UHGV virus genome: UHGV-0171730
Length of the DNA: 39,822 nucleotides
Direction: 5' to 3' (one strand)
Source of the DNA: a virus
Shown here: positions 7,671 through 16,519 of the stretch, one piece after another
Position numbering within the stretch: position 1 is the stretch's first letter
Layout of the letters: the number at the start of each line of letters is the position of its first letter
Made by a program: the position numbers and the translations under genes
The notes under the pieces: model-generated
Seen by the model: the letters and a program-made list of their open reading frames with translations, nothing else
The model's database searches: none
Told to the model about the DNA's origin: nothing

Positions 7671-8570
7671 ATGACAAATACAGCAAAAATACTCAACTTC
7701 TGCAGAGGTAACTTTGCCAAACAGGAGCGTAATGTGGCAGATCTCGATGATGGTTACGCCAGACTATCAAATATGCTGCTTGAGGCTTATTCAGGCGCAG
7801 ATCTGACCAAGCGACAGTTTAAAGTGCTGCTTGCCATTCTGCGTAAAACCTATGGATGGAATAAACCAATGGACAGAATCACCGATTCTCAACTTAGCGA
7901 GATTACAAAGTTACCCGTCAAACGGTGCAATGAAGCCAAGTTAGAACTCGTCAGAATGAATATTATCAAGCAGCAAGGCGGCATGTTTGGACCAAATAAA
8001 AACATCTCAGAATGGTGTATCCCTCAAAACGAGGGAAAATCCCCTAAAACGAGGGATAAAACATCCCTCAAATTGGGGGATTGCTATCCCTCAAAACAGG
8101 GGGACACAAAAGACACTATTACAAAAGAAAAAAGAAAAGATTATTCGTCAGAGAATTCTGGCGAATCCTCTGACCAGCCAGAAAACGACCTTTCTGTGGT
8201 GAAACCGGATGCTGCAATTCAGAGCGGCAGCAAGTGGGGGACAGCAGAAGACCTGACCGCCGCAGAATGGATGTTTGACATGGTGAAGACCATCGCGCCA
8301 TCAGCCAGAAAACCGAATTTTGCAGGGTGGGCTAACGATATCCGCCTGATGCGTGAACGTGACGGACGTAACCATCGCGACATGTGTGTACTGTTCCGCT
8401 GGGCATGCCAGGACAACTTCTGGTCCGGTAACGTGCTGAGCCCGGCCAAACTCCGCGACAAGTGGACCCAGCTCGAAATCAACCGTAACAAGCAACAGGC
8501 AGGTGTGACAGCCTGCAAACCAAAACTCGACCTGACAAACACTGACTGGATTTACGGGGTGGATTTATGA
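7671..8570 (+). CDS. O: replication initiator O
   Basis: Near-identical to lambda O as remembered (MTNTAKILNF...WIYGVDL); contains ori iterons. Confidence 0.95.
   Translation: MTNTAKILNFCRGNFAKQERNVADLDDGYARLSNMLLEAYSGADLTKRQFKVLLAILRKTYGWNKPMDRITDSQLSEITKLPVKRCNEAKLELVRMNIIKQQGGMFGPNKNISEWCIPQNEGKSPKTRDKTSLKLGDCYPSKQGDTKDTITKEKRKDYSSENSGESSDQPENDLSVVKPDAAIQSGSKWGTAEDLTAAEWMFDMVKTIAPSARKPNFAGWANDIRLMRERDGRNHRDMCVLFRWACQDNFWSGNVLSPAKLRDKWTQLEINRNKQQAGVTACKPKLDLTNTDWIYGVDL
8019..8150 (+). repeat. ori-lambda: four ~18-bp iterons plus AT-rich region
   Basis: ATCCCTCAAAACGAGGGA (8019-8036), ATCCCCTAAAACGAGGGA (8039-8056), ATCCCTCAAATTGGGGGA (8063-8080), ATCCCTCAAAACAGGGGGA (8086-8104), then A-rich tract. 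Confidence 0.85.
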
Positions 8571-9268
8571 AAAACATCGCCGCACAGATGGTTAATTTTG
8601 ACCGTGAGCAGATGCGTCGGATCGCCAACAACATGCCGGAACAGTACGACGAAAAGCCGCAGGTACAGCAGGTAGCGCAGATCATCAACGGTGTGTTCAG
8701 CCAGTTACTGGCAACTTTCCCGGCGAGTCTGGCTAACCGTGACCAGAACGAACTGAACGAAATCCGCCGCCAGTGGGTTCTGGCTTTCCGGGAAAACGGG
8801 ATCACCACAATGGAACAGGTTAACGCAGGAATGCGCGTAGCCCGTCGGCAGAATCGACCATTTCTGCCATCACCCGGGCAGTTTGTTGCATGGTGCCGGG
8901 AAGAAGCATCCGTTATCGCCGGACTGCCAAACGTCAGCGAGCTGGTTGATATGGTTTACGAGTATTGCCGGAAGCGAGGCCTGTATCCGGATGCAGAGTC
9001 TTATCCGTGGAAATCGAACGCGCACTACTGGCTGGTTACCAACCTGTACCAGAACATGCGGGCCAATGCGCTGACTGACGCGGAATTACGACGCAAGGCT
9101 GCCGATGAACTGACCTGTATGACAGCGCGAATTAACCGTGGTGAGACGATACCTGAACCAGTAAAACAACTTCCTGTCATGGGCGGCAGACCTCTAAATC
9201 GTGTTCAGGCGCTGGCGAAGATCGCAGAAATTAAAGCTAAGTTAGGACTGAAAGGAGCAAGTGTATGA
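8567..9268 (+). CDS. P: replication protein P (DnaB helicase loader)
   Basis: Near-identical to lambda P as remembered; ATGA overlap with O stop. Confidence 0.95.
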   Translation: MKNIAAQMVNFDREQMRRIANNMPEQYDEKPQVQQVAQIINGVFSQLLATFPASLANRDQNELNEIRRQWVLAFRENGITTMEQVNAGMRVARRQNRPFLPSPGQFVAWCREEASVIAGLPNVSELVDMVYEYCRKRGLYPDAESYPWKSNAHYWLVTNLYQNMRANALTDAELRRKAADELTCMTARINRGETIPEPVKQLPVMGGRPLNRVQALAKIAEIKAKLGLKGASV

Positions 9269-9555
9269 CGGGCAAAGAGGCAATTATTCATTACCTGGGG
9301 ACGCATAATAGCTTCTGTGCGCCGGACGTTGCCGCGCTAACAGGCGCAACAGTAACCAGCATAAATCAGGCCGCGGCTAAAATGGCACGGGCAGGTCTTC
9401 TGGTTATCGAAGGTAAGGTCTGGCGAACGGTGTATTACCGGTTTGCTACCAAGGAAGAACGGGAAGGAAAGATGAGCACGAACCTGATTTTTAAGGAGTG
9501 TCGCCAGAGTGCCACGATGAAACGGATATTGGCGGTATATGGAGTTAAAAGATGA
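9265..9555 (+). CDS. ren: Ren-like protein (96 aa)
   Basis: Size and position after P match lambda ren; ATGA overlap with P stop. Confidence 0.7.
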   Translation: MTGKEAIIHYLGTHNSFCAPDVAALTGATVTSINQAAAKMARAGLLVIEGKVWRTVYYRFATKEEREGKMSTNLIFKECRQSATMKRILAVYGVKR

Positions 9556-9580
9556 CCATCTACATCACTGAGCTAATAAC

Positions 9581-9612
9581 AGGCCTGCAGGTAATCGCAG
9601 GCCTTTTTATTT
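9581..9612 (+). terminator. rho-independent terminator (tR2-like)
   Basis: Stem AGGCCTGC / GCAGGCCT with 8-nt loop at 9581-9604 followed by TTTTTATTT. Confidence 0.5.
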
Positions 9613-9628
9613 GGGGGAGAGGGAAGTC

Positions 9629-10069
9629 ATGAAAAAACTAACCTTTGAAATTCGATCTCCGGCACATCAGCAAAACGCTATTCACGCAGTACAGCAAATC
9701 CTTCCAGACCCAACCAAACCAATCGTAGTAACCATTCAGGAACGCAACCGCAGCTTAGACCAAAACAGGAAGCTATGGGCCTGCTTAGGTGACGTCTCTC
9801 GTCAGGTTGAATGGCATGGTCGCTGGCTGGATGCAGAAAGCTGGAAGTGTGTGTTTACCGCAGCATTAAAGCAGCAGGATGTTGTTCCTAACCTTGCCGG
9901 GAATGGCTTTGTGGTAATAGGCCAGTCAACCAGCAGGATGCGTGTAAGCGAATTTGCGGAGCTATTAGAGCTTATACAGGCATTCGGTACAGAGCGTGGC
10001 GTTAAGTGGTCAGACGAAGCGCGACTGGCTCTCGAATGGAAAGCGCGATGGGGAGATCGGGCTGCATGA
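9629..10069 (+). CDS. ninB: NinB (Orf-family recombination mediator)
   Basis: 146-aa product from ATG 9629 after GGAGAGGGAAG; position after ren; ORF-track start 9611 rejected. Confidence 0.75.
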   Translation: MKKLTFEIRSPAHQQNAIHAVQQILPDPTKPIVVTIQERNRSLDQNRKLWACLGDVSRQVEWHGRWLDAESWKCVFTAALKQQDVVPNLAGNGFVVIGQSTSRMRVSEFAELLELIQAFGTERGVKWSDEARLALEWKARWGDRAA

Positions 10070-10593
10070 CTATCAAATCAAATACGCCAGCACACGACAA
10101 GGACTGCTGGCAAACGCCGCTTTGGCTTTTTGATGCACTGGATATTGAGTTTGGATTCTGGCTGGATTCGGCAGCGAGCGACAAAAATGCTCTGTGCGCT
10201 CACTGGCTAACTGAGGACGACGACGCGCTCAATTCTGAGTGGGTAAGCCACGGTGCAATCTGGAATAACCCACCGTACAGCAATATCAGGCCGTGGGTGG
10301 AAAAAGCCGCTGAGCAGTGTATACAACAGCGACAGACGGTAGTGATGCTTGTGCCAGAGGATATGTCTGTCGGATGGTTCAGCAAGGCTCTGGAGAGTGT
10401 TGACGAAGTTCGCATCATCACTGATGGACGGATTAATTTTATCGAACCATCGACGGGGCTGGAGAAGAAGGGAAACAGCAAAGGTTCCATACTGCTGATT
10501 TGGCGACCGTTCATCAGTCCCCGGCGAATGTTTACTACCGTATCCAAAGCGGCATTGATGGCGATCGGGCAGGGCGTCAGGAGGGCGGAATGA
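10066..10593 (+). CDS. phage Dam-like N6-adenine DNA methyltransferase
   Basis: Motif IWNNPPYS (DPPY/NPPY class); ATGA overlap with ninB stop; ORF-track start 10006 rejected. Confidence 0.7.
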   Translation: MTIKSNTPAHDKDCWQTPLWLFDALDIEFGFWLDSAASDKNALCAHWLTEDDDALNSEWVSHGAIWNNPPYSNIRPWVEKAAEQCIQQRQTVVMLVPEDMSVGWFSKALESVDEVRIITDGRINFIEPSTGLEKKGNSKGSILLIWRPFISPRRMFTTVSKAALMAIGQGVRRAE

Positions 10594-10772
10594 GGCGACA
10601 GCAACGAAGTATCACCGACATAATCTGCGAAAACTGCAAATACCTTCCAACGAAACGCTCCAGAAATAAACGCAAGCCAATCCCAAAAGAATCTGACGTA
10701 AAAACCTTCAACTACACGGCTCACCTGTGGGATATCCGGTGGCTTAGAGAACGCGCGAGGAAAACAAGGTGA
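10590..10772 (+). CDS. ninE: NinE-like protein (60 aa)
   Basis: [19 protein letters not shown]...; ATGA overlap with methyltransferase stop. Confidence 0.55.
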   Translation: MRRQQRSITDIICENCKYLPTKRSRNKRKPIPKESDVKTFNYTAHLWDIRWLRERARKTR

Positions 10773-10939
10773 TTGACCAAAATCGAAGTTACGAACAAGA
10801 AAGCGTCGAGCGGGCTTTAACGTGCGCTAACTGCGGTCAGAAGCTGCATGTGCTGGAAGTTCACGTGTGTGAGCACTGCTGCGCAGAGCTGATGAGCGAT
10901 CCGAATAGCTCAATGTACGAGGAAGAAGACGATGAGTGA
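10769..10939 (+). CDS. ninF: NinF-like Cys-rich small protein (56 aa, GTG start)
   Basis: Hand translation from GTG 10769 overlapping ninE stop: (M)[40 protein letters not shown]... Confidence 0.45.
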   Translation: MIDQNRSYEQESVERALTCANCGQKLHVLEVHVCEHCCAELMSDPNSSMYEEEDDE

Positions 10940-11144
10940 TTACCTGAAATGGTATCTCTGCCACCGCTGGCTAATTAAGTTTGCTGTAAAAGACTGGATG
11001 ACAGCGGATGCCAACAAACTTAAGCAAAGAAAGGACTATTACTACGCCAGAATGAAGGAAAACTACTGCTCAATTCGCACTCGCATATTTATTAAAAAAG
11101 ACCTTCAGTCAATTCTTCAATTGCGAGGGAAGGTAAATGGCTAA
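10932..11144 (+). CDS. hypothetical protein (70 aa)
   Basis: ATG overlaps ninF end (ATGAGTGA). Confidence 0.4.
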   Translation: MSDYLKWYLCHRWLIKFAVKDWMTADANKLKQRKDYYYARMKENYCSIRTRIFIKKDLQSILQLRGKVNG

Positions 11145-11427
11145 CCTACGCAAAGAAGCGCGCGGCAGAGAATGCCAGGTACGTATTTACGGCGTATGCA
11201 ATGGAAATCCTGAAACTACAGTTCTGGCACATTACCGGATGGCTGGAATTTGTGGAACGGGGATGAAGCCTGACGACCTGATCGGTGCATGGGCTTGTAG
11301 TGACTGCCACGCGGAGATCGACCGACGCACAAGGATTCTCGACAACAAAGACGCCAGACTTTACCACCTCGAAGGCGTGATCAGGACGCAGGCGATACTG
11401 CTGAAGGAGGGGAAGATTAAGTCATGA
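11137..11427 (+). CDS. hypothetical Cys/His-rich protein (96 aa)
   Basis: Motifs CQVRIYGVC and CSDCH; overlaps neighbours; common partner position upstream of rusA. Confidence 0.5.
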   Translation: MANLRKEARGRECQVRIYGVCNGNPETTVLAHYRMAGICGTGMKPDDLIGAWACSDCHAEIDRRTRILDNKDARLYHLEGVIRTQAILLKEGKIKS

Positions 11428-11786
11428 ACGAATATCAGTTTGTGCTTCCATACCCGCCGTCGGTGAACACCTACTGGCGAAGACGGGGAAGCCAATACTA
11501 CATCAGCGATAAAGGAGAGAAATACCGAAAAGACGTTCAGCAAATCATCCGCCAACTCAAGTTAGACATTTTCACTAAATCACGACTCCGCATCAAAGTC
11601 ATCGCAGACGTTCCAGACTCCCGCCGCCGCGACCTCGACAACATCCTGAAAGGTTTACTCGACTCCCTTATCCACGCCGGATTTGCGGAAGACGACGAGC
11701 AATTCGATGACATTCGCGTAATTCGTGGCGTGAAAGTACCAGGCGGAAGGCTTGGAATAAAAATCACCGAACTGGAGAGCGTATGA
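11424..11786 (+). CDS. rusA: RusA Holliday-junction resolvase
   Basis: 120 aa; motifs LPxPPSxNxYW and DxDN matching E. coli RusA as remembered. Confidence 0.85.
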   Translation: MNEYQFVLPYPPSVNTYWRRRGSQYYISDKGEKYRKDVQQIIRQLKLDIFTKSRLRIKVIADVPDSRRRDLDNILKGLLDSLIHAGFAEDDEQFDDIRVIRGVKVPGGRLGIKITELESV

Positions 11787-11926
11787 ACAAAGCATTCGAA
11801 CGATATATGCGCCAGCGTTATGGCAATCGCTACGATCTGACCCGCGATACTGGCGGTTTCTACTGCCGTGAGGTTGTGAAACGAATGTTTGAAGTGTGGT
11901 GTCATTGCAAAGGATGGGAGATCTGA
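11783..11926 (+). CDS. small hypothetical protein (47 aa)
   Basis: Hand-translated ATG 11783 with ATGA overlap to rusA stop; ends with TGATG overlap to next gene. Confidence 0.35.
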   Translation: MNKAFERYMRQRYGNRYDLTRDTGGFYCREVVKRMFEVWCHCKGWEI

Positions 11927-12540
11927 TGCGGTTAACTCCAGTATTCAGCATGGTTAACTTCATTAATGACGCGCACTTTCGCCGCGTATGGAGACACCCG
12001 AAGAAAACCATCAACTCTAGCCAGAAAGCATGGGTTCATTACATGTTACAGGTATGGGGCAAGGTTAATGCCGGAGATTGCTCTCCAGGTGGTGCAATTA
12101 ACGTTATCGGTCGTCTGATGATTCGCAGTCAGTGGAGCGATGACAAGGCTAAGCAGATAGAGTCTGTCGTCATGCGCCTGTACGAAGAAGATGGGCTGCG
12201 CGGAGATGTGCTATACAAGAAAGCTCGCGAACTGGTCATTCCTCAATCATCGTTTAGCCACATCATCACTCTCGCCAAAGAATCAGATGATGCGGCTTTC
12301 GTTGAACGTGTGATGGTCAAGACTTTTCACCGTGAAAGCCCCGTCCGCGATGTAGCTATTAAGCGATATTGCAATCGCAATTGCACGCAAGATATAGCCA
12401 GGATGATTTCTTATATAACAGGTGCTGATATTCAATATTGTCGTAAGCGAGTGGTGTGGTGTGAGAAAGTGCTGGAGTCAGAAATGTTTTATGCAATGAA
12501 ACGAGAATTGGAGAAAGAATTTCCATTGATAGCGGCCTGA
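11926..12540 (+). CDS. putative late-gene antiterminator Q (204 aa) - positional assignment
   Basis: Last gene before pR'-like promoter and lysis cassette; ATG 11926 after GGAG; no sequence motif recognised. Confidence 0.4.
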   Translation: MRLTPVFSMVNFINDAHFRRVWRHPKKTINSSQKAWVHYMLQVWGKVNAGDCSPGGAINVIGRLMIRSQWSDDKAKQIESVVMRLYEEDGLRGDVLYKKARELVIPQSSFSHIITLAKESDDAAFVERVMVKTFHRESPVRDVAIKRYCNRNCTQDIARMISYITGADIQYCRKRVVWCEKVLESEMFYAMKRELEKEFPLIAA

Positions 12541-12563
12541 ACTGAAATAATTTTGTAAATGCG

Positions 12564-12592
12564 TTGCTTCCGAGAAATGAAAGTGGTATTTT
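12564..12592 (+). promoter_or_regulatory. candidate late promoter pR'
   Basis: TTGCTT (12564-12569), 17-bp spacer, TATTTT (12587-12592), about 100 nt upstream of a terminator. Confidence 0.35.
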
Positions 12593-12698
12593 TCGTATAT
12601 GCTCGGAGCAAAAGCGAACTGAGCAGCGAAATTGAAATCCTGATTTCCCCGGTTGCCGATAATATTTAGGGTCGACATACTGGCTAGATTAGGTAAGA

Positions 12699-12727
12699 GC
12701 CTCGGCATAAACGTCGGGGCTTTTTTG
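12699..12727 (+). terminator. tR'-like rho-independent terminator
   Basis: Stem GCCUCGGC / GUCGGGGC (with G-U pairs), loop AUAAAC, then TTTTTT at 12721-12726. Confidence 0.5.
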
Positions 12728-13015
12728 TTTGCACAACAGGTAAGTGCATTTGTAGAGTTCGACTCTCTACCGTGGGCTTTTTCCCGCGATGCGAGCCATA
12801 AGTGCTCTTTCCGTTGTGCTGAATTAAGCGAATGCCGGAAGCAGAACCGGATCACCAAATGCGTACAGGCGTCATCGCCGCCCAGCAACAGCACAACCCA
12901 AACTGAGCCGTAGCCACTGGCTATCCTGAACTCATCAGTGATAGTTACGCTGCGGCCTTCTTTCCCCCTTCCCAATATAAGAACTACGCAATCCGTTACT
13001 GGCGGAGGCGTTGCT

Positions 13016-13231
13016 ATGAAATCAATGGACAAAATCTCAACTGGCATTGCCTACGGAACATCCGCTGGTAGTGCGGGATACTGGTTTTTGCAGTGGTTGG
13101 ATCAGGTCAGTCCATCACAGTGGGCTGCGATTGGAGTGCTTGGAAGCCTTGTGTTGGGCTTTCTCACCTATCTGACAAATCTGTACTTCAAAATCAGAGA
13201 AGACAGAAGAAAGGCTGCGAGAGGTGAATAA
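13016..13231 (+). CDS. S: class II pinholin (phage-21 S-type) with dual start
   Basis: MKSMDKIS... with second Met at 13025; single TM-rich 71-aa product; GGAGG RBS; ORF-track start 12938 rejected. Confidence 0.85.
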   Translation: MKSMDKISTGIAYGTSAGSAGYWFLQWLDQVSPSQWAAIGVLGSLVLGFLTYLTNLYFKIREDRRKAARGE

Positions 13232-13728
13232 TGCCTCCATCATTACGAAAAGCCGTTGCTGCTGCTATTGGTGGCGGGGCTATTGCTATAGCATCTGTGT
13301 TAATCACTGGCCCAAGTGGTAACGATGGTCTGGAAGGTGTGAGACATAATCCTTACAAAGACATAGTTGGTGTATGGACTGTATGTTACGGGCATACAGG
13401 AAAAGACATCATTCCCAGTAAAACGTATACCGAAGCAGAATGCAAAGCCCTCCTGAATAAAGACCTTGCCACGGTCGCCAGACAAATTAACCCGTACATC
13501 AAAGTCGATATACCGGAAACAACGCGCGGCGCTCTTTACTCGTTCGTCTACAACGTGGGGGCTGGCAATTTCAGAACATCGACGCTTCTTCGCAAAATAA
13601 ACCAGGGCGATATCAAAGGCGCATGTGACCAGCTACGTCGCTGGACATACGCTGGCGGTAAGCAATGGAAAGGGCTGATGACCCGTCGTGATATTGAGCG
13701 TGAAGTCTGTTTGTGGGGGCAGCAATGA
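13231..13728 (+). CDS. R: SAR endolysin (lysozyme with N-terminal signal-anchor-release domain)
   Basis: Gly/Ala-rich N-terminal hydrophobic segment [16 protein letters not shown]; lysozyme-like body; TAATG overlap with holin. Confidence 0.8.
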   Translation: MPPSLRKAVAAAIGGGAIAIASVLITGPSGNDGLEGVRHNPYKDIVGVWTVCYGHTGKDIIPSKTYTEAECKALLNKDLATVARQINPYIKVDIPETTRGALYSFVYNVGAGNFRTSTLLRKINQGDIKGACDQLRRWTYAGGKQWKGLMTRRDIEREVCLWGQQ

Positions 13729-14162
13729 GCAGGGTAACCGCGATTATCTCCGCTCTGGTTATCTGCATCATCGTCTGCCTGTCATGGGCTGTTAATCATT
13801 ACCGTGATAACGCCATTACCTACAAAGAGCAGCGCGATAAAGCCACATCCATCATCGCTGATATGCAGAAGCGTCAACGTGATGTAGCAGAACTCGACGC
13901 CAGATACACAAAGGAGCTTGCTGATGCTAACGCGACTATCGAAAGTCTCCGTGCTGATGTTTCTGCTGGTCGTAAGCGCCTGCAAGTCGCCGCCACCTGT
14001 GCAAAGTCAACGACCGGAGCCAGCAGCATGGGCGATGGAGAAAGCCCAAGACTTACAGCAGATGCTGAACTCAATTATTACCGTCTCAGAAGTGGAATCG
14101 ACAGGATAACCGCGCAGGTTAGCTACCTGCAGGAATACATCAGGACGCAATGCCTGAAATGA
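13725..14162 (+). CDS. Rz: Rz i-spanin
   Basis: N-terminal TM, coiled-coil body; ATGA overlap with endolysin stop. Confidence 0.75.
   Translation: MSRVTAIISALVICIIVCLSWAVNHYRDNAITYKEQRDKATSIIADMQKRQRDVAELDARYTKELADANATIESLRADVSAGRKRLQVAATCAKSTTGASSMGDGESPRLTADAELNYYRLRSGIDRITAQVSYLQEYIRTQCLK
13918..14109 (+). CDS. Rz1: Rz1 o-spanin lipoprotein embedded in Rz (+1 frame)
   Basis: Lipobox-like LVVSAC followed by Pro-rich [12 protein letters not shown], entirely inside Rz. Confidence 0.6.
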   Translation: MLMLTRLSKVSVLMFLLVVSACKSPPPVQSQRPEPAAWAMEKAQDLQQMLNSIITVSEVESTG

Positions 14163-14197
14163 TCGGGCGATGAAAACCAAAAAAACAGGAGCAATAT

Positions 14198-14473
14198 ATG
14201 ACTAAGCTTTATCACCGCATCTCAACTTTTCTCTCTGGGTGCTGGGCGTTTATCACGTCTATTTCGTTCGCCATCTTTAGTTTCGGTAGCACAGCATGCT
14301 CGCTTAGTCGGGGTATGTGGCGTGCTATTTCAGCACTAGCGCCGAAATTTTTACCTGAAAAGGCTGTTTGGCGAATTGTAGAGCGAATGTGTAGTGAGAG
14401 CGTTCGCGAGAAGATTAACGTATTTGGACGTCATCCTCGAAATACAGGCGCATTGTGCAGTTCGTTACTGTAG
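14198..14473 (+). CDS. hypothetical membrane protein (91 aa)
   Basis: AGGAG RBS 7 nt upstream of ATG; hydrophobic N-terminal half. Confidence 0.4.
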   Translation: MTKLYHRISTFLSGCWAFITSISFAIFSFGSTACSLSRGMWRAISALAPKFLPEKAVWRIVERMCSESVREKINVFGRHPRNTGALCSSLL

Positions 14474-14892
14474 TCATTACAAAGCCCATCAATGGGTGGG
14501 CTTGATAATGAAACCGGAATTTATTCTGGGCAACCAGTTACGGCAGTACCGCGAAACAACCCAAGCCAGTAAGTGGGGAAATAACACTGGCAGCCACTGA
14601 AAGATGAACCTCCTGCCTTATGGCAAAAAAGATTCTTTGTGGTGGCGGACTGATGGAAAGACATCCGCTGAATCGATAACGAACAAGTGGAAGATGTTGC
14701 GATGGTTTCCGTAAACAAAGACCAGAAGGAAGGCGTTGAATATATCACTGGTGCTGATGGTGTGAAAAGGCCAATGGCTTATTACAAAGCGGCTGAAGAG
14801 AGGGCAAGAATGGAAAATCCCCCTAAATGCGGATCATTTTTCGACATACTGGACCTTCAATGGAAGTTGTGAACAACTAACAGGTCGCCCAG

Positions 14893-14917
14893 GCGGCCTT
14901 TTTTATTGCTATCACAA
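14893..14917 (+). terminator. rho-independent terminator
   Basis: Stem GGTCGC / GCGGCC with loop CCAG followed by TTTTTTATT. Confidence 0.45.
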
Positions 14918-15011
14918 AAGCCATTCCTTACTGAGTGGCTTTGATAATGGCTTATACCCTACACGGGATAACTTAACTGATATCCCTTTTAACGGATAAA
15001 CGGAGCCAACA

Positions 15012-15254
15012 ATGGCAGAGATTATTCCCATGACTGAAGAACAGAAATTCCAGTTAGAGATTTACAAACTGGTCATGAACCAGAACGCAGCCGCAGAAGA
15101 AGCATTTCAATTCATTGGCACTGACGAACTGAAGCTTGAGCTATTCAAAATTCACTTCCAGTCAGGCGGCGCTAATTCGGATATCACAACCCGCACTATC
15201 GAAGCGGTGCGTAAATCGAAGGAAGCGTTAGACCTGTTCACCACCGGAGCATGA
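15012..15254 (+). CDS. hypothetical protein (80 aa)
   Basis: GGAG RBS upstream of ATG 15012. Confidence 0.45.
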   Translation: MAEIIPMTEEQKFQLEIYKLVMNQNAAAEEAFQFIGTDELKLELFKIHFQSGGANSDITTRTIEAVRKSKEALDLFTTGA

Positions 15255-15460
15255 TGTGAGCCGCGTAATCAATTTGGGTAAGGAGAAGAAATTCCCAATT
15301 ACTCAAGAGCTATACGAGAGGCTGGAAAGCGTCATCCATGATTACGATGGTGAAATCAGTTTATGCGAGGCGATTGGCACACTCGAATTGCTGAAGCAGT
15401 CACTGATTGAAGGCGCGAAAGAGTCCTCAACCTGAAATGACAATTAAGTGAGATGAATAT

Positions 15461-15486
15461 GGCAGCACTCAACATGCTGCCTTTTA
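15461..15486 (+). terminator. rho-independent terminator
   Basis: Perfect stem GGCAGCA / TGCTGCC, 7-nt loop, then TTTTAT. Confidence 0.5.
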
Positions 15487-15498
15487 TCGTTGATTAGT

Positions 15499-15738
15499 TT
15501 AACCGCGAGCTTCACGACCGTTTTCGTCTTCAGGCACACGGAAACGCCAGTACTTATCTGGCTTAACCCAAACAACACTTTCACCGCTATCAACCCTGAA
15601 TTTATTAATCACTTTTGTTGATAGCGCTTGGTTGCCATCCGCATTTTCTTTGAGGTGCTGCTCGTTATGTTGTTTAACGAGATAATCCACAACATCCTGC
15701 TGATAAAGGCAACCCTCTGTTGATAAAACGGACATCAT
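15499..15738 (-). CDS. hypothetical protein (79 aa), antisense to late operon
   Basis: ATG start; second gene of a minus-strand pair. Confidence 0.45.
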   Translation of the reverse strand: MMSVLSTEGCLYQQDVVDYLVKQHNEQHLKENADGNQALSTKVINKFRVDSGESVVWVKPDKYWRFRVPEDENGREARG

Positions 15739-15782
15739 CCATGATGAAATATCATCAAGAGTTAAGGTTGGTGTGTTTGGGA

Positions 15783-15965
15783 CTATGGCTTTGGGGTAAC
15801 GCGCTCAAGAGATTCCGGTTTGAAATATCCTTGCTCAAGCTTCTTGCCAGCAAACCATTGACAAAGAAAAGAGTTACCGTGGGTAGATGAAAATGACCTG
15901 ATAGTCATGTCAGGTCCGCCTGATTTCAGTTTAACAATGTCACCTGTTTTAAAGTCATCGTTCAT
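15783..15965 (-). CDS. DUF2158/YodC-like small protein (60 aa)
   Basis: MNDDFKTGDIVKLKSGGPDMTI...CQWFAGKK pattern typical of YodC-like proteins; AAGGAG RBS 6 nt upstream of ATG 15965; ORF-track start 15998 rejected. Confidence 0.55.
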   Translation of the reverse strand: MNDDFKTGDIVKLKSGGPDMTIRSFSSTHGNSFLCQWFAGKKLEQGYFKPESLERVTPKP

Positions 15966-15991
15966 AACAATCTCCTTATGGGAAGTAAAAA

Positions 15992-16519
15992 ATGGCACTC
16001 ACCGACAAACAAGAAATGTTCTGTCGCGAGTACCTCATCGATTTAAATGCCACGCAAGCGGCTATTCGGGCGGGGTACAGCGCAAAGACAGCTAACCGTA
16101 CCGCATCCGAAAACCTGTCAAAACCTGATATCAAGTTAAGAATCTCCGAACTGAAAGCGCAACGCAATGATCTTGTTGGTATTAATGCAGAATATGTACT
16201 TAATCGCCTTATTGAAATCGACCAGATGGATGTGCTCGACATTCTCCTGCAAAACGGCGAGTTAAAGCCAATTAAAGACTGGCCTAAGGTATGGCGCACA
16301 ACGCTATCAGGAATGGATGTCGTGGAGATGGTATCCGCAGATAGCGCCGCACTTCTGAAGAAAATCAAATGGCCTGATAAGGTTAAAAACCTCGAACTTC
16401 TTGGTAAGCATGTTTCTGTTCAGGCGTTTAAAGAACAAGCTTCTCACGAATTAACAGGCAAAGACGGCGGCGCAATCCAGATTGAAACATCACCGATGAG
16501 CACTCTATTCGGAAAATGA
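15992..16519 (+). CDS. terminase small subunit
   Basis: N-terminal MALTDKQEMFCREYL...NATQAAIRAGYS typical of TerS; immediately upstream of TerL with ATGA overlap. Confidence 0.8.
   Translation: MALTDKQEMFCREYLIDLNATQAAIRAGYSAKTANRTASENLSKPDIKLRISELKAQRNDLVGINAEYVLNRLIEIDQMDVLDILLQNGELKPIKDWPKVWRTTLSGMDVVEMVSADSAALLKKIKWPDKVKNLELLGKHVSVQAFKEQASHELTGKDGGAIQIETSPMSTLFGK

Noticed and set aside
8119-8808. Minus-strand ORFs of 60-109 aa inside O and P
   Set aside because: O and P match lambda essentially end to end on the plus strand; the antisense frames have no start signals
12752-12770. tRNA-like T-arm hairpin (GTAGA-GTTCGAC-TCTAC) followed by CGTGGGC and T5
   Set aside because: No complementary acceptor 5' strand, D-arm or anticodon arm upstream, so not a tRNA gene; kept only as part of the unassigned-region finding
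12478-13047. 189-aa minus-strand ORF spanning the Q 3' end, the pR'/tR' region and the holin start
   Set aside because: Antisense to three well-supported plus-strand features, no RBS, and runs through the terminator hairpin; most likely a chance open frame
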